DNA of 64,000 nt from an uncultured delta proteobacterium (GCA_963706575.1 CAVPNL010000006.1:288001-352000); one strand, 5' to 3'. Positions 38,466 through 48,193 are shown, counted from the stretch's first letter. Translations and numbers: made by a program. Notes: generated by a model from the sequence alone, not told the origin.

Positions 38466-38527
38466 TGTCATTCCCGCGCAGAGCCTGCCCCCGTCTAGAT
38501 GGGGGCAGGCTCTGCGCGGGAGTGACA
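38466..38527. repeat. 62-bp near-perfect palindrome with GTCATTCCCGC-type ends
   Basis: 31-bp arms, no loop, 2 mismatches, centre TCTAGA. Confidence 0.9.
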
Positions 38528-38643
38528 ATCATTTTGTAACTTATTTTTAGATTTGTGGCCGGCGGCGCTTGCTGGCGGACGTCCTATCCTTTTTCATTCC
38601 TTCCAAAAAAGTCACTGCAACCGGTATGGCGGGATAAGCTTTA

Positions 38644-39666
38644 ATGACCTCATTTGAAAATGCCTCACATTTATTCGATGCATCTGTTGAACGCGTTGCT
38701 GAGGCCACCGTGCGCATCAGCTGGAAAACCCACTTCAAAGACCTTCAGGTTTCAATTTACCATGGCAACTCACCTGAAGCCATGCAGCGCAGCGCGCCCT
38801 TATACCGGATTAAAGGCGAAACCGCTGTCGAAATTTCCGGCCTGAATTCGAATATGCCACACTACTTCGAAATCGCACCGGATAAGGGTAGCGCCAGGGT
38901 TATCAGTGAGCGACGCGTGCCGCTGCAGGGCGCCGTAAATTTCAGAGACCTTGGCGGCTATGCAACCACCACAGGGCAACGCCTAAGGTGGGGCAAGGTT
39001 TTCCGCTCGGATCATCTGTCCAACCTGACGGAGCGCGACATTGATTTTCTGCAGCGCATGAAACTTCATTGTGTTTGCGATTTTCGGACATCGACTGAAG
39101 CCCAACGCAGGCCTGATCGATTTCCGGGAGATGGGCCCGGTGAGCACCTTCACCTGCCGATCGACAATCTAAAATTTGATCCCACCGATTTATTCCAAAA
39201 GCTTAAAAGAGGGGATACGAGCTGGTTGACCAAAGAATTTTTAATTGAGGGTTATATTTTAAATATCGAAGAATTCGCCCCTGTCTGGGGCGAGGTGTTC
39301 AAACGTCTGGCGGACCCCGGTCATCTGCCGCTGGTTTTTCACTGCACCGGCGGCAAGGACAGGGCCGGCACCTGTGCAGCGCTGATTTTGCTTGCTTTGG
39401 GGGTTTCGGAAAAGACGGTCATCTACGACCATGGCCTTTCCAATATTTTTATTCGCGATATGGTCGATGGGATCTATGCGAAATTTGATGCCGCCGGCAT
39501 TGATCGGGAAAAAATCTCACCCTATTTCTCAGCGCCGCGGTACTGTATAGAGGCCCTGCTGGCGCATCTGCGCGAAAAATATGGTTCCCCCGTCGCGTAC
39601 CTCAAATCAAAAGCGGGCGTGACGGAAAAGATGCTGGGACGGATCAGAGAAGAATTGTTGGAATAG
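38644..39666 (+). CDS. Tyrosine/lipid phosphatase family protein
   Basis: NFRDLGGY, FRSD, DFR, HCTGGKDRAG P-loop. Confidence 0.9.
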   Translation: MTSFENASHLFDASVERVAEATVRISWKTHFKDLQVSIYHGNSPEAMQRSAPLYRIKGETAVEISGLNSNMPHYFEIAPDKGSARVISERRVPLQGAVNFRDLGGYATTTGQRLRWGKVFRSDHLSNLTERDIDFLQRMKLHCVCDFRTSTEAQRRPDRFPGDGPGEHLHLPIDNLKFDPTDLFQKLKRGDTSWLTKEFLIEGYILNIEEFAPVWGEVFKRLADPGHLPLVFHCTGGKDRAGTCAALILLALGVSEKTVIYDHGLSNIFIRDMVDGIYAKFDAAGIDREKISPYFSAPRYCIEALLAHLREKYGSPVAYLKSKAGVTEKMLGRIREELLE

Positions 39667-39671
39667 AAGCC

Positions 39672-39801
39672 AAAGTGACTAAAGTGAACTAAAGTTGGAA
39701 GTGCCTAAAGTTTCGGTGTCGCGCTGCTCCATCTTTATAAAAATGACAGAATGCTTTAACTTTAGGCATTTTAGATCACTTTAGTCACTTTAGCTCACTT
39801 T
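39672..39801 (+). repeat. AAAGTGNCT periodic inverted-repeat element
   Basis: aaagtgactaaagtgaactaaagttggaagtgcctaaagt...gacagaatgc...actttagtcactttagctcacttt. Confidence 0.8.
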
Positions 39802-39923
39802 CATTAATTGACATTGTTAGAAATTTACTTTATTATTGATTTTATTATGTAAAACAGACGATTGGCATACCTGAGCGGCATTCCAATTTGGCGGTCTAAT
39901 ACAATGACTAAAGGATCTCGGTA

Positions 39924-40328
39924 ATGGAATCTTCCGATAACCATTCAAAAGAGCCGAACATTTCTGTTGTAACCGCCCGATTGTTTGAAATCATTTTAGA
40001 TATGCCCTTCAAAAGCCGCCGCATCCTATTAAAAGATCTCGAAGCAAAGCATTCACAGGGAAGAAGAAGATTCGCCCGCAAGCCCTATTTTTCGCCGGTG
40101 GATTTTGCAACTCCGGATCGTGCCTTCAGCGGTTTTATTCAAAATATCAGTTCAGGCGGTTTATTGATTGAAACCCGTGAAACTCTTCCCGTCGGCCAAC
40201 AGGTCACCTTATCATTCATGCGACCAAAATCCAGAGATTATGTCAAGGTGGGCGGTGAAGTTGTCCGAAAGATACCCGACGGTTTCGGCGTTAAATTTCA
40301 TGCGCAAGTTGAAGGTATTTCTACCTAA
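39924..40328 (+). CDS. PilZ domain protein
   Basis: RRFAR (RxxxR) and NISSGG (D/NxSxxG), GFGVKF. Confidence 0.88.
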   Translation: MESSDNHSKEPNISVVTARLFEIILDMPFKSRRILLKDLEAKHSQGRRRFARKPYFSPVDFATPDRAFSGFIQNISSGGLLIETRETLPVGQQVTLSFMRPKSRDYVKVGGEVVRKIPDGFGVKFHAQVEGIST

Positions 40329-40342
40329 ATTGAGCGTTTCAA

Positions 40343-40732
40343 ATGAAAAAGAGAATACTGGTTGTTGATGACGAGGATTTTCAGAGAGACCTTTTAAACA
40401 AGCTTCTTTCCAAAGCTGGTTATGAGGTGGCTGAGGCCGAATCTCCGGAAGTGGCACTTGCCATGATGAAAAAGGAGGACTTTCCGGTGATTATTACGGA
40501 TCTGATTATGCTCGATATGGACGGCGTTGAGTTCTGCCAGCGAATTAGAGAAAGAAACTCACAATCGGTCATCATTGCACTAACCGGGTATGCGGATCTT
40601 TACGATCTGGAGAAGCTAAAACAGGTGGGATTTGATAATTACCTGACCAAGCCGATAAAACTGAATAAAATACAACCGGTGGTTGAGGCGGGGTTTGAAA
40701 AACTAAAGCAAAGAAAGAAATCCCGTCGTTAA
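40343..40732 (+). CDS. Single-domain response regulator
   Basis: ILVVDDE, TDLIM..MDG, LTG, TKP. Confidence 0.92.
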   Translation: MKKRILVVDDEDFQRDLLNKLLSKAGYEVAEAESPEVALAMMKKEDFPVIITDLIMLDMDGVEFCQRIRERNSQSVIIALTGYADLYDLEKLKQVGFDNYLTKPIKLNKIQPVVEAGFEKLKQRKKSRR

Positions 40733-41808
40733 TCGTTAATCTCATTAGCAAACGGCCCACTGACGACTTTGTCCCTCCCCGAGTTCTTTGCCTGGTAAAG
40801 ATATTGATCCGCCATTTCGATCAGGTCATCCGGCGAAAAATCCTCGCCGGGCATGTGCTTATCGAAGCCGGTTACCCCGAAGCTGGCGGTGATCGTTATT
40901 TTCTCCCCTTCCCATTTAAATACTTTTTTAGAAATTTGTCTGCGAAGCCTTTCTGCCAGACCGCCGGCATTTTTAAAAGTGGTTTCGGGCAGGACCAGCA
41001 AAAATTCTTCGCCGCCATAACGTGCCAGCCAGTCCATGTCGGAGCGGATCAGAGACATGAGGCGTCTTACAAATTCTTTGAGGACCATATCACCGCATAG
41101 ATGCCCGAAGTTGTCATTGACCCGTTTGAAATGATCGATGTCACATAAAGCCACCGAGAAGGGATGATGATACCTGAAAGCACGCTTAATTTCGTGTTGA
41201 AGGTGTTCATTGAGATAGCCGCGATTGTAACAGCCGGTCAGTGAATCTTTTCTGGATAAAAGCCTGATTTCGCCGTTGGCTTTTTCCAGTGATTTATGCT
41301 TCTTTTTTAAGCGATCATACAGCAGCGTATTTTCCAGCACCAGCGAATACTGTTTGGCCAGCATGGTCAAAAGCTTCATGTTTTCATGGGTCATAGAGCT
41401 TTCTTTAATAGGCGTCTTGACCATGACCGCACCCAGGGTTCTTTTAATCGTGGAAAGCGGCAACATGACGATTGATTTTTCGTTTTCAAAGGCCAGGGCA
41501 GGAATTAAGGCCGGTTGTCTTCTGTTGATTATCCAGGAAAAGATACCGCATTCGATTTGATATTCGATTTCCTTTTTGCAGATGGCTTTTTTATCATCGG
41601 GGTAGACATACTCTAAAACAAATTCATGAGAATCGTCATCAACGACAAAAAGGGCGCAAACTTCAATTTCGATTAAATTTCGGACATCATCTAAAAAGAC
41701 CTCCCATATCTGCCCAATGGATGTCGGGAAATCGATGCGGTCCTGAAATTGTCCCAGATGCTCTATTTTATCAATGAGTTCCAAAAGTGCCGTTTTTTGT
41801 TCGGTCAT
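40729..41808 (-). CDS. GAF-GGDEF diguanylate cyclase
   Basis: DSLTG, DIDHFK.VND..GH..GD, RYGGEEF. Confidence 0.93.
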   Translation of the reverse strand: MTEQKTALLELIDKIEHLGQFQDRIDFPTSIGQIWEVFLDDVRNLIEIEVCALFVVDDDSHEFVLEYVYPDDKKAICKKEIEYQIECGIFSWIINRRQPALIPALAFENEKSIVMLPLSTIKRTLGAVMVKTPIKESSMTHENMKLLTMLAKQYSLVLENTLLYDRLKKKHKSLEKANGEIRLLSRKDSLTGCYNRGYLNEHLQHEIKRAFRYHHPFSVALCDIDHFKRVNDNFGHLCGDMVLKEFVRRLMSLIRSDMDWLARYGGEEFLLVLPETTFKNAGGLAERLRRQISKKVFKWEGEKITITASFGVTGFDKHMPGEDFSPDDLIEMADQYLYQAKNSGRDKVVSGPFANEIND

Positions 41809-41984
41809 TGCGATATTCTCCTAACTGTTGAATATCTTACCAGAAATAATTTTTATAGCAAGCCTTACACACCAGATTGAAAATCGGTTCACAGTCCATT
41901 CCGTTGTAATTTTACACTGGATTTTTTTGGGCGTTCATTATAGCTTTCGAATCAAATTTCCGTTTTTCTCATTTTAGTCTATTT

Positions 41985-42082
41985 ACCACAGAGGCCACAG
42001 AGAGCACAGAGATTGAATATGGCGGGAACAGAGGATTGATTTTTTTTATGGTTATCTCTGTGTGCTCTGAGTGCTCTGTGGT
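41985..42082. repeat. ACCAC...GTGGT periodic inverted-repeat element
   Basis: ACCACAGAGGCCACAGAGAGCACAGAG ... CTCTGTGTGCTCTGAGTGCTCTGTGGT. Confidence 0.8.
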
Positions 42083-42117
42083 GAATAAAGAATTCAAAAC
42101 TTGCTGGAAAATCCAAA

Positions 42118-42846
42118 ATGAGTCACAAGCAGACGGTTACTTTATTTATCCAGTGCCTGGTTGACACCATATATCCCGAGGTGGCCGAAGCCATGGTGGG
42201 TGTTTTACGTCGGTTGGGCATCTCATTAACCTGTCCAACCGATCAAACCTGTTGCGGGCAGCCGGCCTTTAATTCCGGCTATCGCCGGCAGGCCCGTTTT
42301 GCCGCCCAACATTTCATTGACGTCTTCGAAGATTCAGAAATAATTGTCTGTCCGTCGGGTTCCTGCGTAAACATGGTGCGTCACCATTATGAGGATTTGT
42401 TTGAAAACAATTCTGAATGGTTGCGGCGGGCGCGGGATCTTGCAAATCGCACCTATGAATTCAGTGAATATCTGGTGGACGTTCTGGGCGTTGATGAAGT
42501 GGGCGCACACTTTGAGGGCCGGCTAACCTATCATGATTCCTGCCATTTGCTACGCGGTATCGGTGTCAGGCAACAACCGCGCAAACTGCTTCACAAGGTT
42601 TCCGGCGCTGATTTTATCGAAATGCGGGATTCGGATTATTGCTGCGGATTCGGCGGCTCGTTTTCGGTGAAATATTCCGATATCTCGAATGCCATGGTGA
42701 CGGATAAAGTCAAAAACATTATGGATACCGGAGCGGACGTGGTGGTGGGCTGTGATATGGGCTGCTTGATGAACATCCAGGGCAAGCTCAGCCGCATGGG
42801 ATCCGATATTAAGGTCATGCATATCGCCCAAATCCTTGCCTCTTAG
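42118..42846 (+). CDS. lutA: L-lactate utilization Fe-S protein A (LldE/YkgE)
   Basis: Two CCG domains: QTCCGQP, SGSC, YHDSCH, CCGFGG, GCLMNI. Confidence 0.9.
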   Translation: MSHKQTVTLFIQCLVDTIYPEVAEAMVGVLRRLGISLTCPTDQTCCGQPAFNSGYRRQARFAAQHFIDVFEDSEIIVCPSGSCVNMVRHHYEDLFENNSEWLRRARDLANRTYEFSEYLVDVLGVDEVGAHFEGRLTYHDSCHLLRGIGVRQQPRKLLHKVSGADFIEMRDSDYCCGFGGSFSVKYSDISNAMVTDKVKNIMDTGADVVVGCDMGCLMNIQGKLSRMGSDIKVMHIAQILAS

Positions 42847-42882
42847 TGCTCAGCTGAATGTAGTGGAACTCATGAATAATTT

Positions 42883-42954
42883 ACCACGAAAGCACGAAAT
42901 TACGAAAACACGGAAAAAATATTTCGTGCTTTTAATCTTTCGTGTTTTCGTGGT
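42883..42954. repeat. ACCAC...GTGGT periodic inverted-repeat element inside the lut operon
   Basis: ACCACGAAAGCACGAAA ... TTTCGTGTTTTCGTGGT. Confidence 0.8.
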
Positions 42955-43002
42955 TTTACTTCAAATATTTTCATCTTATTCGGTTAATTACAAAATTACA
43001 AA

Positions 43003-44433
43003 ATGACAAAAATAACCACCGAAAATTACGTGGCTGAGGCGCGAAAGGCCATCAAAAACCAGGTGCTGCAAAGGGCGCTGGCTGATTTGCAGAATCGCTT
43101 CGGTCGGGGCACCGCCGAGTGCTATCGCCGGCTGCCTGAAGGACCGGGCCTGCGCTTAAAAGCCCATGAAGTCCGGATGCAAACTGTCGAAAATCTGGAT
43201 GTTGTACTGGAAACACTGGCTGCCAATATTCGCAAAAACGGTGGTCAGGTGTTTTTTGCCGAAGACGGCCAGGCGGCAGTCAATTATTGCCTGGAAGTCG
43301 CGCAGCGGCATAAGGTCAGCCGGGTGGTTAAGGGCAAGTCCATGGTGAGTGAAGAAATCGGTTTAAACGATGCGCTCATCGATAGCGGCATCGATGTATC
43401 TGAAACCGATCTGGGCGAATATATCATTCAACTGGCCGGTGAAACCCCTTCTCACATCATTGCACCTGCGATTCACAAAACCCGCGCTGATGTTGGCAGT
43501 CTGTTTGCCGACAAACTCGATATTCCTTATGAAACGGATCCCCCGCGATTGACCTGGATTGCCAGGAAGGCCCTGCGCGAAAAATTTCTGGCTGCCGATA
43601 TGGGCACTTCGGGCTGCAATATCGCCTGCGCTGAAACCGGCCATATTACCACCGTTTCCAACGAAGGCAATATCCGGATGTCCACGACCCTGCCGAGGGT
43701 CCATATCGCCATCATGGGGATGGAGCGTGTCGCCGCCCGGCTGGAAGATCACGACATGCTTCTAAGGCTTCTATGCCGCGGTGCGGCCGCACAGAATATG
43801 GCGACCTATGTCAGTTATATCGGCGGGCCCCGCTCCGCCCATCAGGCCGACGGCCCGCAGGAATTTCACCTGGTTATTCTAGATAATGGGCGCAGCCGGA
43901 TTCTGGCGGATGAACAATTCCGTGAGATGCTGTGCTGCATCCGGTGTGCGGCCTGTCTGAACGTCTGCCCGGTTTACGCTAAGATCGGCGGGCATTCATA
44001 CGGATATGCCTATTCCGGACCGGTGGGCGCGGTGGTCACGCCGTTGCTGGTGGGGATCAATCGGGCCAAGGATCTGTGCCAGGGAGAAACCCTCTGCGGC
44101 GCCTGTCAGGATATATGCCCGGTCAATATCAATCTGCCGCGGATGCTGCTGGCGTTGCGGACAAAACTGGCTGAAGGCGACACGGCCTGGGGGGTGACAC
44201 CGGCGGACCGCAAGGAAAAGTTCTTATTTCAGGCCTGGTCATGGATGATTCGCAATCGAGGATTGTATGATGTCGCCGTTAAACTTGCAGCAACGGGACA
44301 GAAGCTTTTGACTCAAAAAGACGGCATGATACGCCGTTTGCCGCCACCGATGCATGGCTGGACAAAAGAGCGTGATATAAGGCCCCTGGCGGCGCAATCT
44401 TTCATCAGTCGTTGGAAAAAAGGTACAAAATGA
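43003..44433 (+). CDS. lutB: L-lactate utilization Fe-S protein B (LldF/YkgF)
   Basis: KSMVSEEI, ETDLGEYI, PSHI, NEGN, CIRCAACLNVCP, LCGAC..CP. Confidence 0.93.
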   Translation: MTKITTENYVAEARKAIKNQVLQRALADLQNRFGRGTAECYRRLPEGPGLRLKAHEVRMQTVENLDVVLETLAANIRKNGGQVFFAEDGQAAVNYCLEVAQRHKVSRVVKGKSMVSEEIGLNDALIDSGIDVSETDLGEYIIQLAGETPSHIIAPAIHKTRADVGSLFADKLDIPYETDPPRLTWIARKALREKFLAADMGTSGCNIACAETGHITTVSNEGNIRMSTTLPRVHIAIMGMERVAARLEDHDMLLRLLCRGAAAQNMATYVSYIGGPRSAHQADGPQEFHLVILDNGRSRILADEQFREMLCCIRCAACLNVCPVYAKIGGHSYGYAYSGPVGAVVTPLLVGINRAKDLCQGETLCGACQDICPVNINLPRMLLALRTKLAEGDTAWGVTPADRKEKFLFQAWSWMIRNRGLYDVAVKLAATGQKLLTQKDGMIRRLPPPMHGWTKERDIRPLAAQSFISRWKKGTK

Positions 44434-45185
44434 GCACAGCCAACCAGGAAGAATTTATAAACCGCATAAAACTGGCTTTGGGAAAACCGTTTTCAGAGTC
44501 CCGCCAAAAGGTGGACTTGTTCAGCCGCGAGATGTCCGCTGAAACCAGCGCCATTCTGGAGGGCATCAAAAACCGAACCGCTGAGGAAAGAAAAGAACTG
44601 CTCGAAACCCTGATCGAAGCCGCCGGCCCGATCCATTTAACGGTTAGGACGTGTGTGGATATCAACGCGGTCACCGACGCAATTGCTGAAGTTGTGCGGG
44701 ATAAAGATCCTGAATGGGGGGATAAAAAGCGTGTGGTGGCCTGGCAGCACCCGCTGATCGAAAGCCTGAATCTGCCCGACGCCCTGTCTGAACAGGGAGT
44801 GCCGGTGTTTTATACTGATTTGCAAAAGACCGATGAAGCAAGTCTGCGCCAGGGCATCATCGATTCCTATATCGGAATCACTTCAGCTGATTTTTGCATG
44901 GCGGACACGGCCACCCTGGTCATGCGAACGCGGCCGGGCCAGGCGCGTTCGGTTTCGCTGGTGCCGGCAATCCACATTGCTGTAGTCGAACTCAACCGGA
45001 TCATCGCCGATTTGAAAGAACTTTACGCCCTGTTAAAATGGGATCCGCAGGAGAGCAAAGAAGGTGTAACCAATTGCATGACATTCATATCCGGTCCCAG
45101 TAAAACCGCCGATATCGAGGCCACCATGGTTCACGGCGCGCATGGTCCCCGGGAAGTCTATATTTTTGTAATTACCGCCGAATAG
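44430..45185 (+). CDS. lutC: L-lactate utilization protein C (LldG/YkgG)
   Basis: ISGPSKTADIE..VHGAHGP; ATGA overlap with lutB. Confidence 0.9.
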   Translation: MSTANQEEFINRIKLALGKPFSESRQKVDLFSREMSAETSAILEGIKNRTAEERKELLETLIEAAGPIHLTVRTCVDINAVTDAIAEVVRDKDPEWGDKKRVVAWQHPLIESLNLPDALSEQGVPVFYTDLQKTDEASLRQGIIDSYIGITSADFCMADTATLVMRTRPGQARSVSLVPAIHIAVVELNRIIADLKELYALLKWDPQESKEGVTNCMTFISGPSKTADIEATMVHGAHGPREVYIFVITAE

Positions 45186-45448
45186 TGAAAATCGACTTAA
45201 AAGAAAAAAAATTAATTTGAAGCTTTACAATTTTTTAAATTATTGTCATTTATGCTGTGATAAGCGAGGATCTCTAATAGAAGCCGATCTGATGTTTCTC
45301 TTTCCAACTTAGCGAACCGCTGTTTCCGTTTAGAACATGACACAGAGCCTGTTGCCGTGATGCCTCAAGCTGTAACCGAACTTCAAAAAGAACAAGTTCT
45401 TCTTCGAATTTTCGGTTTAAGCCTTTTGGTTTAAAGAGATTCCATTCC

Positions 45449-45462
45449 TTGATCTAAGTCAA
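45449..45462. promoter_or_regulatory. FNR/DNR/HcpR-type box upstream of qNor
   Basis: TTGATCTAAGTCAA. Confidence 0.65.
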
Positions 45463-45554
45463 ACCGCTTTTCGCTGTGGGGGAATATTTAAGATTGCATC
45501 TGAGGGGTGCGTAAATTTTTCAAACCACTGTTAAAACCAAAAGAGGAGGTGTAA

Positions 45555-47828
45555 ATGTCACTTAAAACATTAAAATGGGCAGCAATTCTGTGTTTTGTTG
45601 TTGCCATGGCCGTCCTGCTGGTCGGCGGCGTCGCCATGAAAAATGACCTGCCGCCTTATCCCGCAAAGGTCGTCGACGCCGGCGGCAACGTACTTTTTGA
45701 GCGCTCGGATATCATTGCCGGTCAGGACGTCTATCAGCGCTTCGGCCTGATGGATCATGGGGCGGTATGGGGTCACGGTTCCCAGAGGGGGTCGGAGTTT
45801 TCGGCCACATCGCTGCACATCGTGGCCGAGGCCATTGGCGATTATCTGGCCCTGGCGGATTACGGTAAAAATTATGCCCAGCTCGATGATCTGCAAAAAG
45901 AGATCATCGATGTTAAGACCAGGGCTGAGATCAAACCCAACCGCTATGATGCCGACAGCGATACGCTCAAACTCACCGACGCTCAGGTCAAAGGTCTTGA
46001 GCGCGTCATGCAACACTGGGAAAAAACCTTTAAAGACGGTGAAATCCGCTATGGTTTTCTTCCCAACACGGTTCCCGAGCAACAGCAGCGTATGCAGATA
46101 TCACGCTTTTTCTTCTGGACGGCATGGGTGGCCTCAACGCTTCGTCCGGGAGAAGACTACTCTTACACCAACAACTGGCCCCCGGACACCCGGGTGGGCA
46201 ACGTCCCGAGTACCGACGCCTTTTTCTATTCCATCGCCGGCGTTCTGGCCCTGCTGGTTGTCCTGGCGCTGTTTGTCTACTGCATTCACCGTTACGGCTT
46301 ATGGTATGGACAAGCCAAAGGGACGGCCCTGGCTGAAAAATTGATCGATATGCCCTTGACCCGCAGCCAGTTTCAAGCCGCCAAATTTTTTGTGGTGGTG
46401 ATTCTGTTATTTTTGCTCCAGACCAGCTTCGGCGGGTTGCTGGCGCATTACACGATTCATCCAGGCAGCTTTTTCTTACCCATCGTAGCAAACCTGATCC
46501 CTTATAGCTGGGCCAAAACCTGGCATTTGCAGCTGATGGTTTTCTGGATTGCCACCACCTGGTTGGCGTCCGCCATCTATCTGGCGCCAATCATCGGCGG
46601 CAAAGAACCGGCCAAGCAGAGCCTTCTGGTTAAGTTGCTTTTCGCTGCTGTCCTGCTTGTGGCTGTGGGCAGCCTGACCGGAGAGGTTCTGGGTATCAAG
46701 GGGATGCTGGGGAATTTATGGTTCTGGCTGGGCCATCAGGGCTGGGAATTTCTGGAGCTGGGCCGTATCTGGCAAATCCTGCTGTTTGTGGGTCTGATTT
46801 TCTGGCTGCTGATCGTGTACCGGGCCGTTGGCGGTCATCTGAAGCGCCACAAGGATGAATTCAGCGCCTTGGTCTGGTTTTACGTGTTCAGCGCCGTGAT
46901 GGTGGTCGGCTTTTTTGGTTTCGGGCTTTTTTACGGCCAGGGCTCGCACCTGACCATGGCGGACTACTGGCGCTGGTTCGTGGTTCACCTCTGGGTGGAA
47001 AGCATCTTCGAGTTTTTCGGTATTGCGGTCATTGCACTGCTGATGGTGGCCATGGGGCTGGCCACGGCCAAGGCCGCTTTAAGGGTGGCTTATTTTACCG
47101 CGGCCCTTACTTTTCTCAGTGGGATTATCGGAACCGCCCATCACTATTACTGGTACGGCGGGGCTGCTTTCTGGATTGGCTGGGGGTCGATATTCTCTTC
47201 GATGGAGCCGGTGCCGTTATTGACGCTGGTGGTGCGCGGTTTAATGGAGTACCGCGAGATCCGTAAAGAGGGCAGGGAGTTCTCTTACAAGTGGCCCCTG
47301 TATTTTCTGGTGGCCGCTTCCTTCTGGAACTTTCTGGGCGCCGGAATCTTTGGCTTCCTGATCAATTTGCCGATTATCAATTTTTTTGAACACGGGACCT
47401 ACCTGACCATGCACCACGGTCATACGGCCATGTTCGGAACCTACGGCATGCTTTCCGTCGCTTTGCTGCTGTTCTCCTGGCGCGGTCTGGTCGACAAGGC
47501 CCACTGGAAAGATGGAATCCTGAAGCTTTCCTTCTGGGGTCTCAACGGCGGGTTGTTTCTGATGGCGTTTGCCACCCTGCTGCCGATCGGGGCCATGCAG
47601 GCCTGGATCTCTTTTAAAGACGGCCTCTGGGTGGCCCGCAGTGCGGATTTCTTCGAGAAGGGCGCCGTCGTCTGGCTCGGAACCTTTCGCGCCCTCCCCG
47701 ACACCATCATCATCGTGCTGGGGGTCCTGCCGCTGGCCTACTTTCTCATCACAACGTATCCGCACCTAAAAGCTGCGGAAATCAAAGACAATGAGTCCGT
47801 GTGGGAACGGCTGGGGATTGAACTCTAA
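45555..47828 (+). CDS. norZ: Quinol-dependent nitric oxide reductase (qNor)
   Basis: YTNNWP, WHLQ, GWEFLELGR, YWRWFVVHLWVE..FE, GTAHHYYW, HGH; many TM segments; SD GAGGAGG. Confidence 0.92.
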   Translation: MSLKTLKWAAILCFVVAMAVLLVGGVAMKNDLPPYPAKVVDAGGNVLFERSDIIAGQDVYQRFGLMDHGAVWGHGSQRGSEFSATSLHIVAEAIGDYLALADYGKNYAQLDDLQKEIIDVKTRAEIKPNRYDADSDTLKLTDAQVKGLERVMQHWEKTFKDGEIRYGFLPNTVPEQQQRMQISRFFFWTAWVASTLRPGEDYSYTNNWPPDTRVGNVPSTDAFFYSIAGVLALLVVLALFVYCIHRYGLWYGQAKGTALAEKLIDMPLTRSQFQAAKFFVVVILLFLLQTSFGGLLAHYTIHPGSFFLPIVANLIPYSWAKTWHLQLMVFWIATTWLASAIYLAPIIGGKEPAKQSLLVKLLFAAVLLVAVGSLTGEVLGIKGMLGNLWFWLGHQGWEFLELGRIWQILLFVGLIFWLLIVYRAVGGHLKRHKDEFSALVWFYVFSAVMVVGFFGFGLFYGQGSHLTMADYWRWFVVHLWVESIFEFFGIAVIALLMVAMGLATAKAALRVAYFTAALTFLSGIIGTAHHYYWYGGAAFWIGWGSIFSSMEPVPLLTLVVRGLMEYREIRKEGREFSYKWPLYFLVAASFWNFLGAGIFGFLINLPIINFFEHGTYLTMHHGHTAMFGTYGMLSVALLLFSWRGLVDKAHWKDGILKLSFWGLNGGLFLMAFATLLPIGAMQAWISFKDGLWVARSADFFEKGAVVWLGTFRALPDTIIIVLGVLPLAYFLITTYPHLKAAEIKDNESVWERLGIEL

Positions 47829-47852
47829 TCTGAATTTCAAGATCTAAAAACC

Positions 47853-47888
47853 AAAAGGCCCGGTTCAAATCGAACCGGGCCTTTTTTT
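47853..47888 (+). terminator. Rho-independent terminator (probably bidirectional)
   Basis: aaaaGGCCCGGTTC-aaatc-GAACCGGGCCttttttt after qNor. Confidence 0.9.
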
Positions 47889-48193
47889 CACAACCGATAG
47901 AGGTACCTCAAGACGGTCCGAGTCTTTGAATGAACCACCGTTTTTTCAAGAATCACGTTGGCTGTTTTGTGAAATTGACACTGGTCTGCTTCGCACCTAT
48001 TTTTTCCGAATTCCTTGCATAAATCAGGACTCAACCGACTTTCATTTTCGGATATAAACCGTTTGACCAACCTGATCGGATCATCCTATAAATGTCTTTA
48101 AGGTATATGTTGAAGGCCCAATTAACCTTGAAGAAGATTGAGTCGAGAAGAAAGCCAGGGTCCGGTACATCGCACATGTTTAGATAAATATCG

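Noticed and set aside
41850..41875. Sigma54 promoter for the diguanylate cyclase
   Set aside because: The GG-to-GC spacing is 12, not 10.
17559..42954. CRISPR array
   Set aside because: The repeats are dispersed inverted elements with no constant repeat-spacer series, and there are no cas genes.
45555..47828. Nitric oxide dismutase (Nod)
   Set aside because: The FeB His-His pair (GTAHH) is intact, whereas Nod has His-to-Asn at this position.
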